The notes under the pieces are model-generated. The model ran no database searches, was not told the origin of the DNA, and worked only from the letters and a program-made list of their open reading frames with translations. From assembly GCA_977030845.1 (NCBI GenBank), contig OZ365112.1, positions 14,198,001-14,262,000 on the forward strand: 64,000 nt of DNA. Direction: 5' to 3'. A program made the translations under genes and the position numbers. This document shows, in pieces, positions 24,557 through 37,202 of this stretch. Numbering within the stretch: the first letter of the stretch is position 1; each line of letters opens with the position of its first letter. This DNA is from Fimbriosthenelais zetlandica. Taxonomy: Eukaryota.

Positions 24557-27500
24557 TTAGTTGGTCGACCTGCGCCTAGGTGGCGGTAACATGAGCAGTT
24601 ATACAAGCTAGTTGTAATAATTCATGCTCTCCTATATCTCTATGGCTAATCCCTTCCCATGTTTCCGCCTCCCGTCTTGTTAATCTTCAACGCTCTCTCT
24701 TCTCATATTATGGCCGCTTAGATCTGTATCTTGTATATGTTATGTTTTACTTTTCTGCCTTCATTGTTGCCATTTTTGTCCTCGTTACATCAGTTCTCTT
24801 TGGTTGTCATTCAGGTTTAGTCATTGCTCATTTTTCTTTCACTGTCTTGCTTATTTTCGTCGTCTTCTGTCCCCCGTCAATGGTTAGGCACGCCCTCGCC
24901 ACCATTTCCATTCCTATCTCTCTCCATGTTGCATTTCCAACACAAATCGATGTCTTTTCATACGGACCTAATCCATCTCCCATTTTACCTTTTCACTCTC
25001 CTCCATCCCCGGACAGATTTGAAAGCGAAACAGGTGGCACTGCGCCTGCTTTCTCTCAAGGAAAATCAACTTAAAAAGAAGCCGCCTGCTTAAGGAAAGA
25101 AAGCCAGGGCTGGGCTGCGGAAGAAGTGGAGAAAGAAGAGGAGGCAGTTGTCTCTTTATTGAGATGTTCATTCCAAGCGAGGCTCTCTCCTTTCTACTTG
25201 AAAGAATAGATCCGATTGTTTGCCAATCGGATGAAAGGCCGCCAATCCGTCTTCCTTCCCCCCTTCATGCTGTAATCCGGTTTCGGATAAGACGTCGGCG
25301 CTATTGGTAAGCGGCGAGGGCGCGGGCAATGGATAACATCCCCCATCACTATTACAGCAAATTTAGTTGTTAAACTTTAATAGATGTAAACATCTGAGTG
25401 TGTGGTGTGAGGTAGGGGAAGAGGGATGATGTATTCACCCGAGGACTGATTAGTGGAATGTCAGTTCGTCTTTGAAGTGGCCGGTAGGGTAGGGTGATCC
25501 TCCGCACAAAGCATCCCCCTAACTGATGTTTATATACGAGCCCCAGGTCTCTCTACCAGACGCTTACAACAGCTCGCAACCACAGGGATAATGCGAGAAA
25601 TAAGCCGTTGAATAATGAACGGGTATAATTAGTACCTTCAGGTAGTCCTTCAGTTGGCCCTCTCTCCCTTTCTCCTTAATCCCATCCATTTAAACATGTC
25701 GCGGGTGGGAGTGATAGATCTGGGGAGGTCTAAGACAGGGCTCCGCCTAAAAAAGTGAGCGAGAGGAATGGCTGCCCGGCAAAAGGCTAGGCTAGGCCAA
25801 GTTTCCTCCATTGCCGCTCGCAATTTCGACATGTTCTTAAAACCACTGGATTTAGCCCTGGATACATTTCCATTAGTATCCATCCATCATTCTTGACAAC
25901 ACGCCAAAGAGGGCGCTACAGTGTTGGTGTCTTTGGGAACGCCTGTGCCAGTACATTTACTACAGAGCCTTGGTAGTAGTATAACAAAGAATGCCTTTGT
26001 CGTAGGCTCTTTTATAATAACAATACCACCAGCAGCACTTCTCCCTCTCTCCCTTACTCCACTCCATATTCTGGAGGATAAAAACCAGCCCCAATTATAT
26101 CTCAATCATACCTTCTACTACCATAGCAGCTACATTAAGCCAAGCAGGAATTTTCCTTCTGAAGTTTTTGGTCGGCACCGCGCCGGACGCTGGTCTTTGA
26201 CGTGTTTTGCGTCAGAGGTGCAGCATTTCATCAAGATTGATCCATGAGGACTTGCCAAGAGCTGTAATGGATGGGGTATACATTTATTTTCAGGCATTTA
26301 TAATATGCTTTTAAAGTGCTGCTTTGTTGAGACGATGTATTGTTTTCGTTTATGAGGAGAATTCCAGTAAAGTGTTGGTGCTGTGTAGTTTTCCTCCATT
26401 AGCAACTTTTGGAAAATGGACCCTGGGCATAATCCACCAAAAGTTTAGTGAATCACCTCAACCCCTGAGCGTCAAACTTATTCCTAGATTATATTCAAAT
26501 TTGGATATTAATACAGAATCTTACCCGTAATTCCCCTGTTGCCCGTCTTGGACCACATGGGGTCAGCACTGATACAGTTGGCACTATTCCAAATTCCCCC
26601 TCTCTCCATCTCCTTTCACCCTCTTTCCATCTCCTTTCGCCCTGTCCGATTGACCCCCTCCCTACCCTCTGCTTCCATTGCTACCGTACGCAACCCCCAT
26701 TCCAGGTTTCCATGGCAACCCTATCGATTCTTACATCACACGAGTGCCAGTGTAGCTGGGACCGGTAGAAGATAAGAGAGGTTGAGGGTGGATGGAGGAA
26801 GTGGAGGGGTAGCTCTGGAGCTTATCTCCCTTTTCTGGACCTTCCGCTTGTGTTCCTTTGAAATGCCGTTTCTCCCTATCCTACAAAAACAGACATTAGG
26901 GAAAAACGACGCCTATCTACTCGGAATGACCAAGTTGAAAATCTTATAAGTATATATGGGTCCATGCATATTTCATATTCCACATTGACTTGTAAGGGCC
27001 CATCAGTCTTGTATGTAACATGACCTTCTATATATCAGATGGGCGGGGTGGGATGGAATCATCGATTGGAAAGTGCACTGCGCCTGTGCGTTTATCCCCA
27101 TTGACAGAATTAACTGTTCTGCAGCCTGTCTTGGCATGTCTACATGCATCCTTGCTTCTATTTCCAGTCCAGTCCATTTATCTTCCATTACAGCAAGTTG
27201 GAATGATTTTGCGTTCTATTTTATACCATGGCAGTTTTCCCCAATTCTATTAACCTTAAATTCCCTTACCTTTTTTTATTTTTCTTTTCGCCCATATACC
27301 TGCCCTTAGTTCTCGCTCTCTCCCTCTTGGTTCAATTCAACAGGGTCCCCTCTCTGTTCCATCACGTATATGGTACATTTGTATTCAAAAACCTTTGCAC
27401 CATGGCATGCAGCTTTGAGAAACCAGCTCGGAATTGCTCGTTTCCGACCCATTGCATAGGGAGTAGCTCTCACGCGATCAGGTCCAACAACCTTGTTATC

Positions 27501-30500
27501 CTCCCTCCTTTGACCGCTTGTCCCTGACGCGAGCTAATCGCAAGTGACTCGCGTGTCTCGCCAGGATCCCCCTTTGAGCAGACACCCCCGACCTCGCGTT
27601 ATCCAGAGATAGACGCAGAAAGAGAGGGAGAAAGTTCCTTTATAACCATTAGCCAACCCATCTATCACTCTCTATCCACCCACCGAATGGTCGCAATGAT
27701 CACACGCTCGGACACATAATAAGGCTTTGTACCACTAATTAGAACTAATCAGGAATTTTGAAAGACCATGGTCGGTGACAAATAACTAGCGTTGTCATGG
27801 TGAAGAGAGATCAAAGAATATAAACGACACCTTGGCAGGACATTTGCCCTGAGGGAAATCTTTACGGGGTATATAGATGGGGAACATTGGGATAGGGGAG
27901 AGGGGATGCGTTCAGTATAGCGCAGGCATGAATGTAGGCTAATATTCGATTTGTAAGAATTGGATCCAAGAAACTATCAAGTGTACATAACTCTTTTGTA
28001 CTGTCATCTTAACCCCCAAATACAGTTTTTGGTGGGAAATCGTGTTCATATCCCATGGGGAAAAGGCACGGAAAGACTGGAAGCTAAAGAGAATGAGTAA
28101 TGAAGTTTGGAGACAAGCCAGGCTTAGCTTGCAGTCGCTAGTTAATAAAACTATTATACAGAACAGTCGTGGACGGGTGGCCTTTTTTCACACACTGAGA
28201 AGCCAGGGTTCTATCCTCAATTTTGCTGCTGTCAGTTGTTCCTAATCCTCTACTCTCTGGAGTAATCAATTCTGACTGGTGGAGGGAAGGGGGTTCACTC
28301 CATCCCATCCCATTCCCTATCCCCCACTCCAATTTGTGATGCCCCTCTCCCCCATCCCCACATAGCCCTCTAAATTTACTATTAGAAAGGATGGAAATAT
28401 TTGAATTTTTAATGTCCTTGTGTATTTTTTGCTCTCGTTCATTTATACCCGGCTTTAGCAGAACGACCTGGGTCGATATTGGCGTCAGAGTGAACTGGGT
28501 TCAATTCGATTTCATATATGGGCCGATACCGGGCTGGGTGACTGTATATAATGTAGTGGTTTTGGATGGCATTGCACTTGAAGTTGATAGGTCCTAGTAC
28601 ATAGAAATATTGATTGTGAATTGAAGCCGAGGAAAGTCAAGATATCAACTGGTTGGACGCAGTGAAGGATGTATATATAAGGGAATGAGGAGAAAGCAAG
28701 AAAATATTTAAGGGAAATTCGAATGTTGAAATACTTTTTCACCAAGACTTCCACAAAACCAAGCCTATATGTCCATCATGGAATATAGGCAATTTGAACG
28801 TTATACACACTTGTGGTGTTCTGTCAAATGATTATGAGCATGAAAAATCGTGGGGTTAAAACCTGGCGGAGGCGGTGGAGTGAGAGACAGGAGCGAGGGT
28901 GGGTAGGTGGATGTAATATCTATTGCGCACGGTGTGGTAAAATACTTCAGCAAATGTACCTTGCAGCGAAGCTGTCAAAAGGTAATTGATTCAAGTATTC
29001 TAGTATATTACAGGACAGGAAATAAATGTCCAATATAAATCTATGGAAAGCTGAGACGCGGCTATCAGTAGGCGTTCCTAATGAACAAGCCATGAACAAC
29101 AAACCCGTGAAATTACAGATACGCCCCCACCATTTTTTATAAGAGAAATGTATGCCCACTCTTCAGCTGTTGGTTTGGGTTGGCCTGCAAGATTCAGGAA
29201 GCGAGACCAACGAATAAATCTATACCTTATCAGATAGTTTTCCCTCCAGATTATTATTTAACAGCACATTTTCTTTACCTTAGTCCTGATGTCGTAGGTC
29301 TATTCAAGGTCAGCTTCGGGATTTGTAAATCTAAAATATGAGGCATGAAATACATAGGGAATATAGACCAATGTATGCATTAAATATTTTCCAATGGAGG
29401 GATAATCAGGCGAGTAGCTTTATCATGAATTCAGACTTGTCAAGCATTGAGATATGGGTGTAGGATATTGTTAATCAGGAGAAGCCTGAACATGTTCCTA
29501 CATACCAGGCTGGCGGCTTTATCTTCCCACATAATCACTTCACTCATCAATTTCCCAAGCCAACCACCGCTACACCCACAACCCTCAAGTTATGCCAGCA
29601 TCGATATCATGCTCCTATCTCCTCTGATCTCTTGTCAATCGCTAGTAAAGATAGGCGAGGAATATAATTTATTTTCATGATTCCACATCAGGACAGGGAC
29701 CCTGGTAAACCATTTCTCTCATGTACTTTTCCTTTCTCTCCGACAGTTCGCATCGCACGCATACATTTAAAACCCCCTCAAGACCCGAATATCCCCGAGT
29801 ATTCCCGAGTGAATCCGAACTTGCCATAGCGCCAGCTGTGGGTATGGGTGAGAGGGAGGGGGAGGGTGTGGGGGTTGAATTGGAATGGGATTGATTTTCA
29901 TCTCTGCAGATCCAATATAGAGAGTAGAGTAGGGGAGGGGGTCCCCCGTGAATGCCATACCCTCTCTCTGCTGCAGGCATTTCACTGTGGACTTAACCCA
30001 CCTCCTCTGTGGTCTGAATACACAAATATTAAAGGCTTTTATAACTTTCCCATATGAGATTAAGGAGCCGTGCGCTTCCTGGAGAACTGACGCAAGTGTT
30101 AAGCCTTAACAACGATCTATATATCTAAATTTCGTTTATTCATATGTGATTGTAATAGTCCTGATTTTTACCAGACCAAAAATTCACGTTCATCATCCTG
30201 AACCAATTTTGAGAAATCTTTGGAGAAATGAATCGAGGGTTTTGGTCTATACTGGTACAATCAATACTTAATTTCAATACAAACGAGGTTATTGTACGGA
30301 TTTTAGTGAGAGAACATACATGTTTGAGGTGGGGAGTTGAAGGGCTGTCTCTGGAGTGGTTATTTGTATTCTGTATAGAGGCGAGCAGGGGATTGACTGG
30401 AGGAGGGAGGCCAATACCTTGGAGAAAGCGAGAGAAATTCATTGATATTCCAGAGCAGGAGGTCCCCATCCGCCTCCTTTCTACACCCGAAGTCGATGAA

Positions 30501-31162
30501 GCACTCAATGAAATCTCTGACTGCCCCTTAAAGTCTTTAGTCCAGTTTTACTCTCTCATAGGTCTGCACACTTTAATTCTTAAGCCCCTTGACCACCCCT
30601 GGCTTCATATTATCGTCAGTCGTATCCACCTTTTCTCTGCCATTTTTTCCCTGACGAATTTAATTATTGTTCCTGTACTTCTTTCCTTCTTCACTCCCCC
30701 ACCTCTCTCTCTTTCTTCTTTCACTCACACGCCCTCCCACCTTCTACCATTCCCAGGCCACTTCCATGCGATGCTGATCAGGCCAGCTGTAACAGACAGT
30801 TTCTCCCCTGATTACACATGAGATGCAAATTTTAACGAGGGAACATTCCCCCCTGCTGTGCTCCTCGCTGGAGGAGAGCCGGAGTAGCACAGCTGCTGCA
30901 GAAAGCCAGCTGCCTTCACCAAATCTTGTTTCCATTCCTTCTATATAGAATATCCCTCTTAAATATACTTAAACACATATAATATTCTCGCTGTAAATTA
31001 TATGATAGTTCATCTGGATTAGGGGATGTAAGATTACATCTGGGATTACATGGATGCATGTAGGCCCTATTTGCCCACTTAAAGCCCCCATCTCTGACCT
31101 ACTCAAGCCATGTCCTTTACAAGATTAGTGTCAACATACATGGGATCAGACATGCAGAGCAG

Positions 31163-31179
31163 GGTTCAGTACCAGGTCA
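31163..31179 (+). promoter_or_regulatory. Perfect DR5 (RARE consensus RGKTCA-n5-RGKTCA)
   Basis: GGTTCA-GTACC-AGGTCA. Confidence 0.45.
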
Positions 31180-31342
31180 TTACTGCTCCATGGTACTCTA
31201 ATCACGTTTTTCACTTCACTGATGTGCATTGAGGCTGTATGGTTAGGAAAATATTACCAACGTGGGCCTGACACACAATTCCTCAGGGCTCCCCTCTCTC
31301 TCTCCATTCCATGTTTTGATGCCAGAAAGTTGCCGGGCCTGA

Positions 31343-31388
31343 TCATGTGACCATTGCCTAGTCATGTGATCATCTCCTGGTCATGTGA
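31343..31388 (+). promoter_or_regulatory. Triad of TCATGTGA E-boxes at 19-bp period
   Basis: TCATGTGA at 31343, 31362 and 31381, with unrelated spacers between them. Confidence 0.45.
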
Positions 31389-34300
31389 CATGGCGCCATG
31401 GTCTCGGTGGAGGAGACTGGACAAATGACCTCTTGATAGGGGTCGCTGGAGGATCGTATCAACAATGACCACTCGTATGGTCACTTCACTCCCTCACTGT
31501 ACCAATAGTCTAGGTCCTCCAGGGCTAAACCTCTAGGGTGACAATGGACATGTATTACAAAGCCAATGTTCCAGACGAGTATAGGGTTAATACCTACTGA
31601 ATCTTCCAGTTATTTGATAACGCCACTTAAGTTAATGTTATTTGGTATTGCCTGAAAATAACAGAGCATTTCGGGCGTTTTTACCTTTAGCATTTATTCC
31701 AGGCAACAAAGTACTTTAGAACGTCCCATGCTTGCTCTTTATCATGAAAATCTCAATTAAAATGTTTTATGTGTTATGTTTTTAATGTGTTTTATTGCTG
31801 ATTAAGGTCTCTTAAAAGTTTAACATCATAAAATGTCTGTCAAGAGCAGAGTTAATAGAATGTCATAGTAAGTTCAGGGCTCTCATTGAATTTGACAAAT
31901 AGATCGTGCGGGTTTCGATGAAATATTCAAATGGTCATGCTGGCTGTCTGTTTGGCATTGATCAGACATCGCACCTGCCATTTCATTACATCCCTATGGG
32001 CAATTTGTACAGCCTCAATGCGTCTCACAAATTCACAAATTTGGCGTCCATTTGATACCAGGCAATGCTAGAAATGTTAACATTCTCAACTACAGCTAGA
32101 AATCATCTATGTTACAGGACGGTTATATATACACAAATTCAAAAAATGACAGCTTCCCTTAAAAAAAACTTACAGAAACTTTAAGCCCAGAAGGTCGTGG
32201 TTGAACAAAACAGAATCTATGCATATAGCTCAGTTTCTAGATCTGTTTTAGTTAATTTGGCTTAATGTCAAATATCTTGAGAATAATATATTGTAGGGTG
32301 AATCAAATCTGTGTATGATTTATGGCGGAGGTTCAAATAGAGGGTAAAAACTTGGTGTATGTTGAGAGTTATTTCTGGACTCTTCTGAGCTGGGGAATTT
32401 TAGCTGGATGGGTAGCTGGCAAGGTCAGGCAAGGAGAGGGGGAGGGAGATAGTTGGTGGTATTTGAAAGGTTATGTAGAACTTGGTAGGTGAGGTGGGGG
32501 TAAAGTTGGGGTGGAGGGGGCGGGGGTGGGTAAGAGGTGAGTGTAGGGAGTATCTATCTAGGTAGGTTTCACCTATCCAGGTGGGCCACTTTGGCACGCC
32601 ACTTGTGTCTGCCTCCACTACCAAGGCCCCAGGGCATGTCAGTCAAGGTTTTATTTAGACGTTGACTCTTGTGACACCCCCTCCTGCTATCTCCCTTACC
32701 ATCGAACTCTACCCATTGAATATTCATCCAAAATGAGAAATCCTGAATAAATTTTGTTGTATATCTGGAGGGTTAACGTCAATTTAAGTCTCCCCTATGC
32801 CAGAAAAACTCAAACTTTTTTTTCGAATGTGGTGTTGTGGGCCTTTGTCGTAGGAATTGAAGGTAACTTTGACATCGTAAAATTTCATGTTACGTGTAAA
32901 ATATATGACATGTCTATGGAGGTGCCATGTACAGGTTATGTTAAGTGGCGTATACAGGGTGTTATTCATGGCACATATTTGGAGGTGGGCTGACACATTT
33001 TGTGCCTGTATGCAGGTTGCATGATCGGCACTAAAATTCAATTGAGTGTGGAAATTACATATCACACAAAACTCCAAATGAAACCCCATTATGTGAAGCC
33101 ATAAACACCACGTCCATCCATCATTCCCTGAAGACAGCTGAATTCATCATAAACTATACACATGCCAAGTCATGAGCTGGATCCCAAAAATGCCCATAAA
33201 TTTATGTATGACAGGAACATTCATTTCTCTCGGTAAAATTGGGCGATCATAAATAGAACTAATTCCCTTTAACTATTTCAAAATATTCCATGGGAAAGTG
33301 CAGCGAGTCTCATTAAAACCACTTAAAATGTCGTATAATATCAGTTATCATTAATTATTCCCACTGACAGATTGTCAGCGGAGGGGGAAATAGTTGGCAC
33401 AGGGGGGTGGATGGTTCGGCCACAACAAAAGGCCTTCCCTCTGTTGTTATCCTTCCCTCCTCCTCTTCCCCTCCACCTGCCTGGGCTATTTCCAAAACAC
33501 AGGTGGAGTCCCTTCCCAACCGGAATCGCCACTACAGATCGTTGAGGAAATGAAACAAAATTTGCATTATAGCTCATCTCTGCTTTCTTTGATACAGCCC
33601 CCTCCCGTTTATGCAAATTTCGTTTGGCTAGAGCACCTTTGATGGCAGTGGCGGAAAGGGACTATGGCACTGTTGCTATGGAGACAGAATTTGAGCTCGT
33701 TGCAAGCTGCCTATCTTAATGTCAGATCCGACTGAATTGAAGTTGTCTTGATAGACAAAAGACCCCTCCCTTTCCCAAAGCTGGCCATTTTCGTTTCTTC
33801 CGACCAAGAAATGCCTCCGAGTGAGGTGTATGCAAAGAATAAAGAGAGCCAAGGGCAGCTGCGATGGCACCAACGCCACCTGGAGTCTTTTACCTCTTAT
33901 TGGTCGGGCTAAACGAAAACAAAGTTCCAGAATGGATTCAAGTGCTCGATCAAGACAGACCCTTTGGTTATTGTCAAAACACGGCAGGAGCATTGGGAAA
34001 TAAGAGTCGTGCTGAAAGCCCTCAGGAGCTGAGGGCCAAAAGGGCAGGAAGCCATGCCAGGTGACGCACCGACAGTGACGTCATTGGAGAGCGCGCTCAC
34101 ATCAGTGGCGCCTCCCACGGCCCTTCAGGAAAGTACTTTTAAAAGCGCGGCTTGCCTCTCGAACGGAAAATATTGCCTGCTCAGTCATGATCTCATCGAA
34201 ATAAAGGTTTTTATTCTTCCCGACATGTACTTTTTCAGCTCTACAGGAAAGCATGGTATTTTGCTGAGATTTAAAGCCCTCTTCCTGTTTTTTCCACACC

Positions 34301-34481
34301 GGGGATTAATGGATTTTGTTGGGAGTTGCCATGACACTCTCCCTATCCGCGTCCCTTGGGACCCAGTCAATGTAATTCGGTATTATTGCAAGGCAATCCC
34401 TGTGGATGAAACACTCGAGTGAGGACGTCGATTCCCAGGCGCTGACCCACATCCTCTGTTGACATTACCTCCCATTCTCAG

Positions 34482-34687
34482 ATCTCCTCAAACGAGACTT
34501 GCCCTCGAGACTTGGCTTCTTTGACGCCGGTCATGCGTACGGAGCGGTCTCTGCTGGGGAGTAATTGAACTACCCCTCTTTCCAGCGTCCGTTTCCCTCC
34601 TCCTGCAAACCAGACAATAGCCTTTGCATCTCCCTTATAACTAAAGGAAGCAATTCATTTGTCCTTTTGGGGGCTATAACACTGGGG
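34482..34687 (+). other. Candidate non-coding exon (206 nt) downstream of a CRE/CCAAT promoter-like patch
   Basis: Acceptor ATTACCTCCCATTCTCAG|A and donor GGG|GTAAGA. Confidence 0.22.
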
Positions 34688-37166
34688 GTAAGATACCCTT
34701 ATATGGTCATTACCAAACACCTTAGGATACCGGCCTGGGCTATTTTAATCGCGGTGCCTTCAGAAAGTGAAGGAAAACATAGATCTGGGATAATGGCGGG
34801 GTTTTAGGGGGGTGATTGAGATCGTGGCTGTCGCCTGAGTTAAGGGATAATAACAGGTATTATACAGGGTCTCTGACACCTTCTCACAGACACAGGGTGT
34901 TCATTTTCACGCTATACTTATGGGCACTAAGGAAATCATGCCTTGTCATGACATATATCATTGCTAGCTATAGAGACCAGCTTTTGGTGACTGGTAAAAC
35001 CTGACCAAATCTACACAAAGCAGACTTCTCCCTGCCTTCAGGCTGCACGCACCACTACCATCCTCTAAATACACATATCTGGTTTCACTGTAGCTTTACA
35101 ATGTCCAACATACTCTATTGAGATGCCCCCTACATTTCCCCCCTTTCATTCAAAGGCTGCATATTATTCTGCAATTATGAAGCTTTTTTAAAAGAAATAT
35201 TCCCAACTTTGCTATCAAAATACCTTAAGTCCATTGTCACCCTTAAGGCTTCATCTTTCCATGAAATAAAAGTATTTATTTGACAGTTTTAAAACATGTT
35301 GCTAGATATAACATTGAGTGGAAATTATTTTAATCTTTAGATTTAATCTTTAGACTTCATTTCATTTTCTGTTCCATCTGAGAAAGGGAATTCTCGTATT
35401 GCGTCTATCCACTCACAGTGAGTGGGAAGATTATTTTCCAAGCCTGCTGAGAATTCTAGCATAAAATGCACCATCTGACAGGCATTGAACGAAGCTGACT
35501 CAAAAAAGGCCAACAATAATTTCCTCGCCATAATTATTCGCGAAGAAGAATGACTTTCTGATGAAGCCATTGATTAAGTTAATATAGAATTCATTAGAAT
35601 CCCTCTAATCATATGCAAAAGCAGAAGCGATGAGGCAAATTTTAATCACCTATCTATTTCAAATTCATGAAGTCCCTGGAAGATTAGCCTCCACGGGAAC
35701 TCGGCCGACAGGAGTTTTAATACATTGGAGTCCCATCTTTCCTCATCCATCAAGGAACAATCTGTGGACTGTGTCTCTAATAAACATCGTGGCTTCGTCC
35801 TCCCGCCTCAAATGTAATTACCTATGGATACTCATTCAACGAATTTGATTTCACTCTGCTCTTGCACTGGCCTCGATAGTAGGAAGCAGCACCTGCGAAA
35901 TATGAATGATGGACAAGATATCTTGATTACAGATGCTGCTCGCGCAGTGGCGCGAGCTGTTTTCCCCGCCATTAGCAGGCGCGGTGGAGAAGCCATTTGT
36001 TTTCATAAAATTCTGGCTTCAAAAATGCGGGCAGGGAAAAGCCATTGGTGGTCCCTGGGTGGTTATTAGGTGGTGTTAATTCCTGGCTGGAAAGTGGGGC
36101 TCTAAGTGCTGAGTGGTGGAAATACAGCGCTGGTAGGCAATTGTAAGCCGCACGGCCCCTAATGCTACCAGCGTATATACACATGTACCTGTCCATCCGC
36201 TCAATGCCGCGCTATGCAATGGAAAATTATTCTCCATCCTTTATCATCTTTTCCCTCTCAATGTCTTTTCCTCCATGTCCTAGGGGCTATTGTTTTCCCC
36301 TCAATCTCCGTTAACACAATCCCAAGTCCATTTAATTTCCCATTTTACTCTATTTTCTTAGTAAGCAATTTCAAATTGTCATTTCAGATTCATGATCTTA
36401 TTTAGCCGTTTTCTCTCATTTTGGGCTTCATAATTGTCCTGTCTGTCCCTCTTCCCCTCTACCCCATCCTCTACCCCTCTCTCTGTATTTTGAGTAATGG
36501 CCTTGGAGCACCACATGGCTAACATATTGGGCTTTGCTCACCAACCGACCATAATGGCTATTTTATCGCCCGTTTCACAGTTATGGCCAGATTAGATGGT
36601 CACCTTTGGTGAATAAAACAACCATTACAGGCCTCTGTTTATCTAACATGCACAGAGGAGACATTACTCAAAATGTCAACAAAACACCTCTGGACATTTA
36701 TACTGCTCTTATGACGTTGATTTATGAGTGATAATTTGAGTTTAATCTATGAGAATTAATCGCTAAGAGATAAAATTATTAACGTCCATCTCGCCTAATT
36801 TAGGTCTAATATTGCTTGACTGAAATGAACATTTATTATTGTCAGTGAGTTCCCAACGAATTCGACGAAGGGAATAAATCACTCCGTTTATCGAACCTTT
36901 CATAACAAAAACAATATGATAGGCAATGTTTGTCCAACCATTCTGTAATCAATTATCGATTTTCCCAACATATTTCGCTGTGATAGAAGCATTAAGTCTT
37001 ATATTAGGAACTTTAAACCCCATTTTTATTTTAACTCTACACCTGGTGAACCTTTCATGCATTTCATGAGAAATAAATCAAATATTCTCAGCTGAAATAT
37101 ATGAGGTATGAGCACTGTCTATATAAACGATCAATTCTCAACATTTGTTATTTTTTTTATTTTTAG

Positions 37167-37202
37167 ACGTCCCCCGCTCCTGCTCAGCCCAAGTCACTCA
37201 CG
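37167..37202 (+). other. Candidate 36-nt microexon
   Basis: Branch-like TCTCAAC 37136-37142; acceptor TTTTTTTTATTTTTAG|A; donor ACG|GTAAGT. The exon is 24/36 GC within AT-rich flanks and has no stop codon in any frame. Confidence 0.5.

Noticed and set aside
12263-28503. Everted receptor repeats ER8 (12263-12282) and ER1 (28491-28503), and one-mismatch DR2 at 19435-19448
   Set aside because: Allowing all orientations, spacings and mismatches inflates chance hits; not counted in the direct-repeat excess.
30228-30821. 197-aa + strand ORF, the longest in the ORF track, overlapped by a 122-aa minus ORF
   Set aside because: No recognisable domain; the C-terminal half derives from a pyrimidine-rich low-complexity tract; no convincing splice context. 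Would need Ribo-seq or dN/dS evidence to reconsider.
35328-35353. Short tandem duplications (ATTTAATCTTTAG x2; similar at 26606-26642 and 42095-42115)
   Set aside because: Ordinary slippage duplications.
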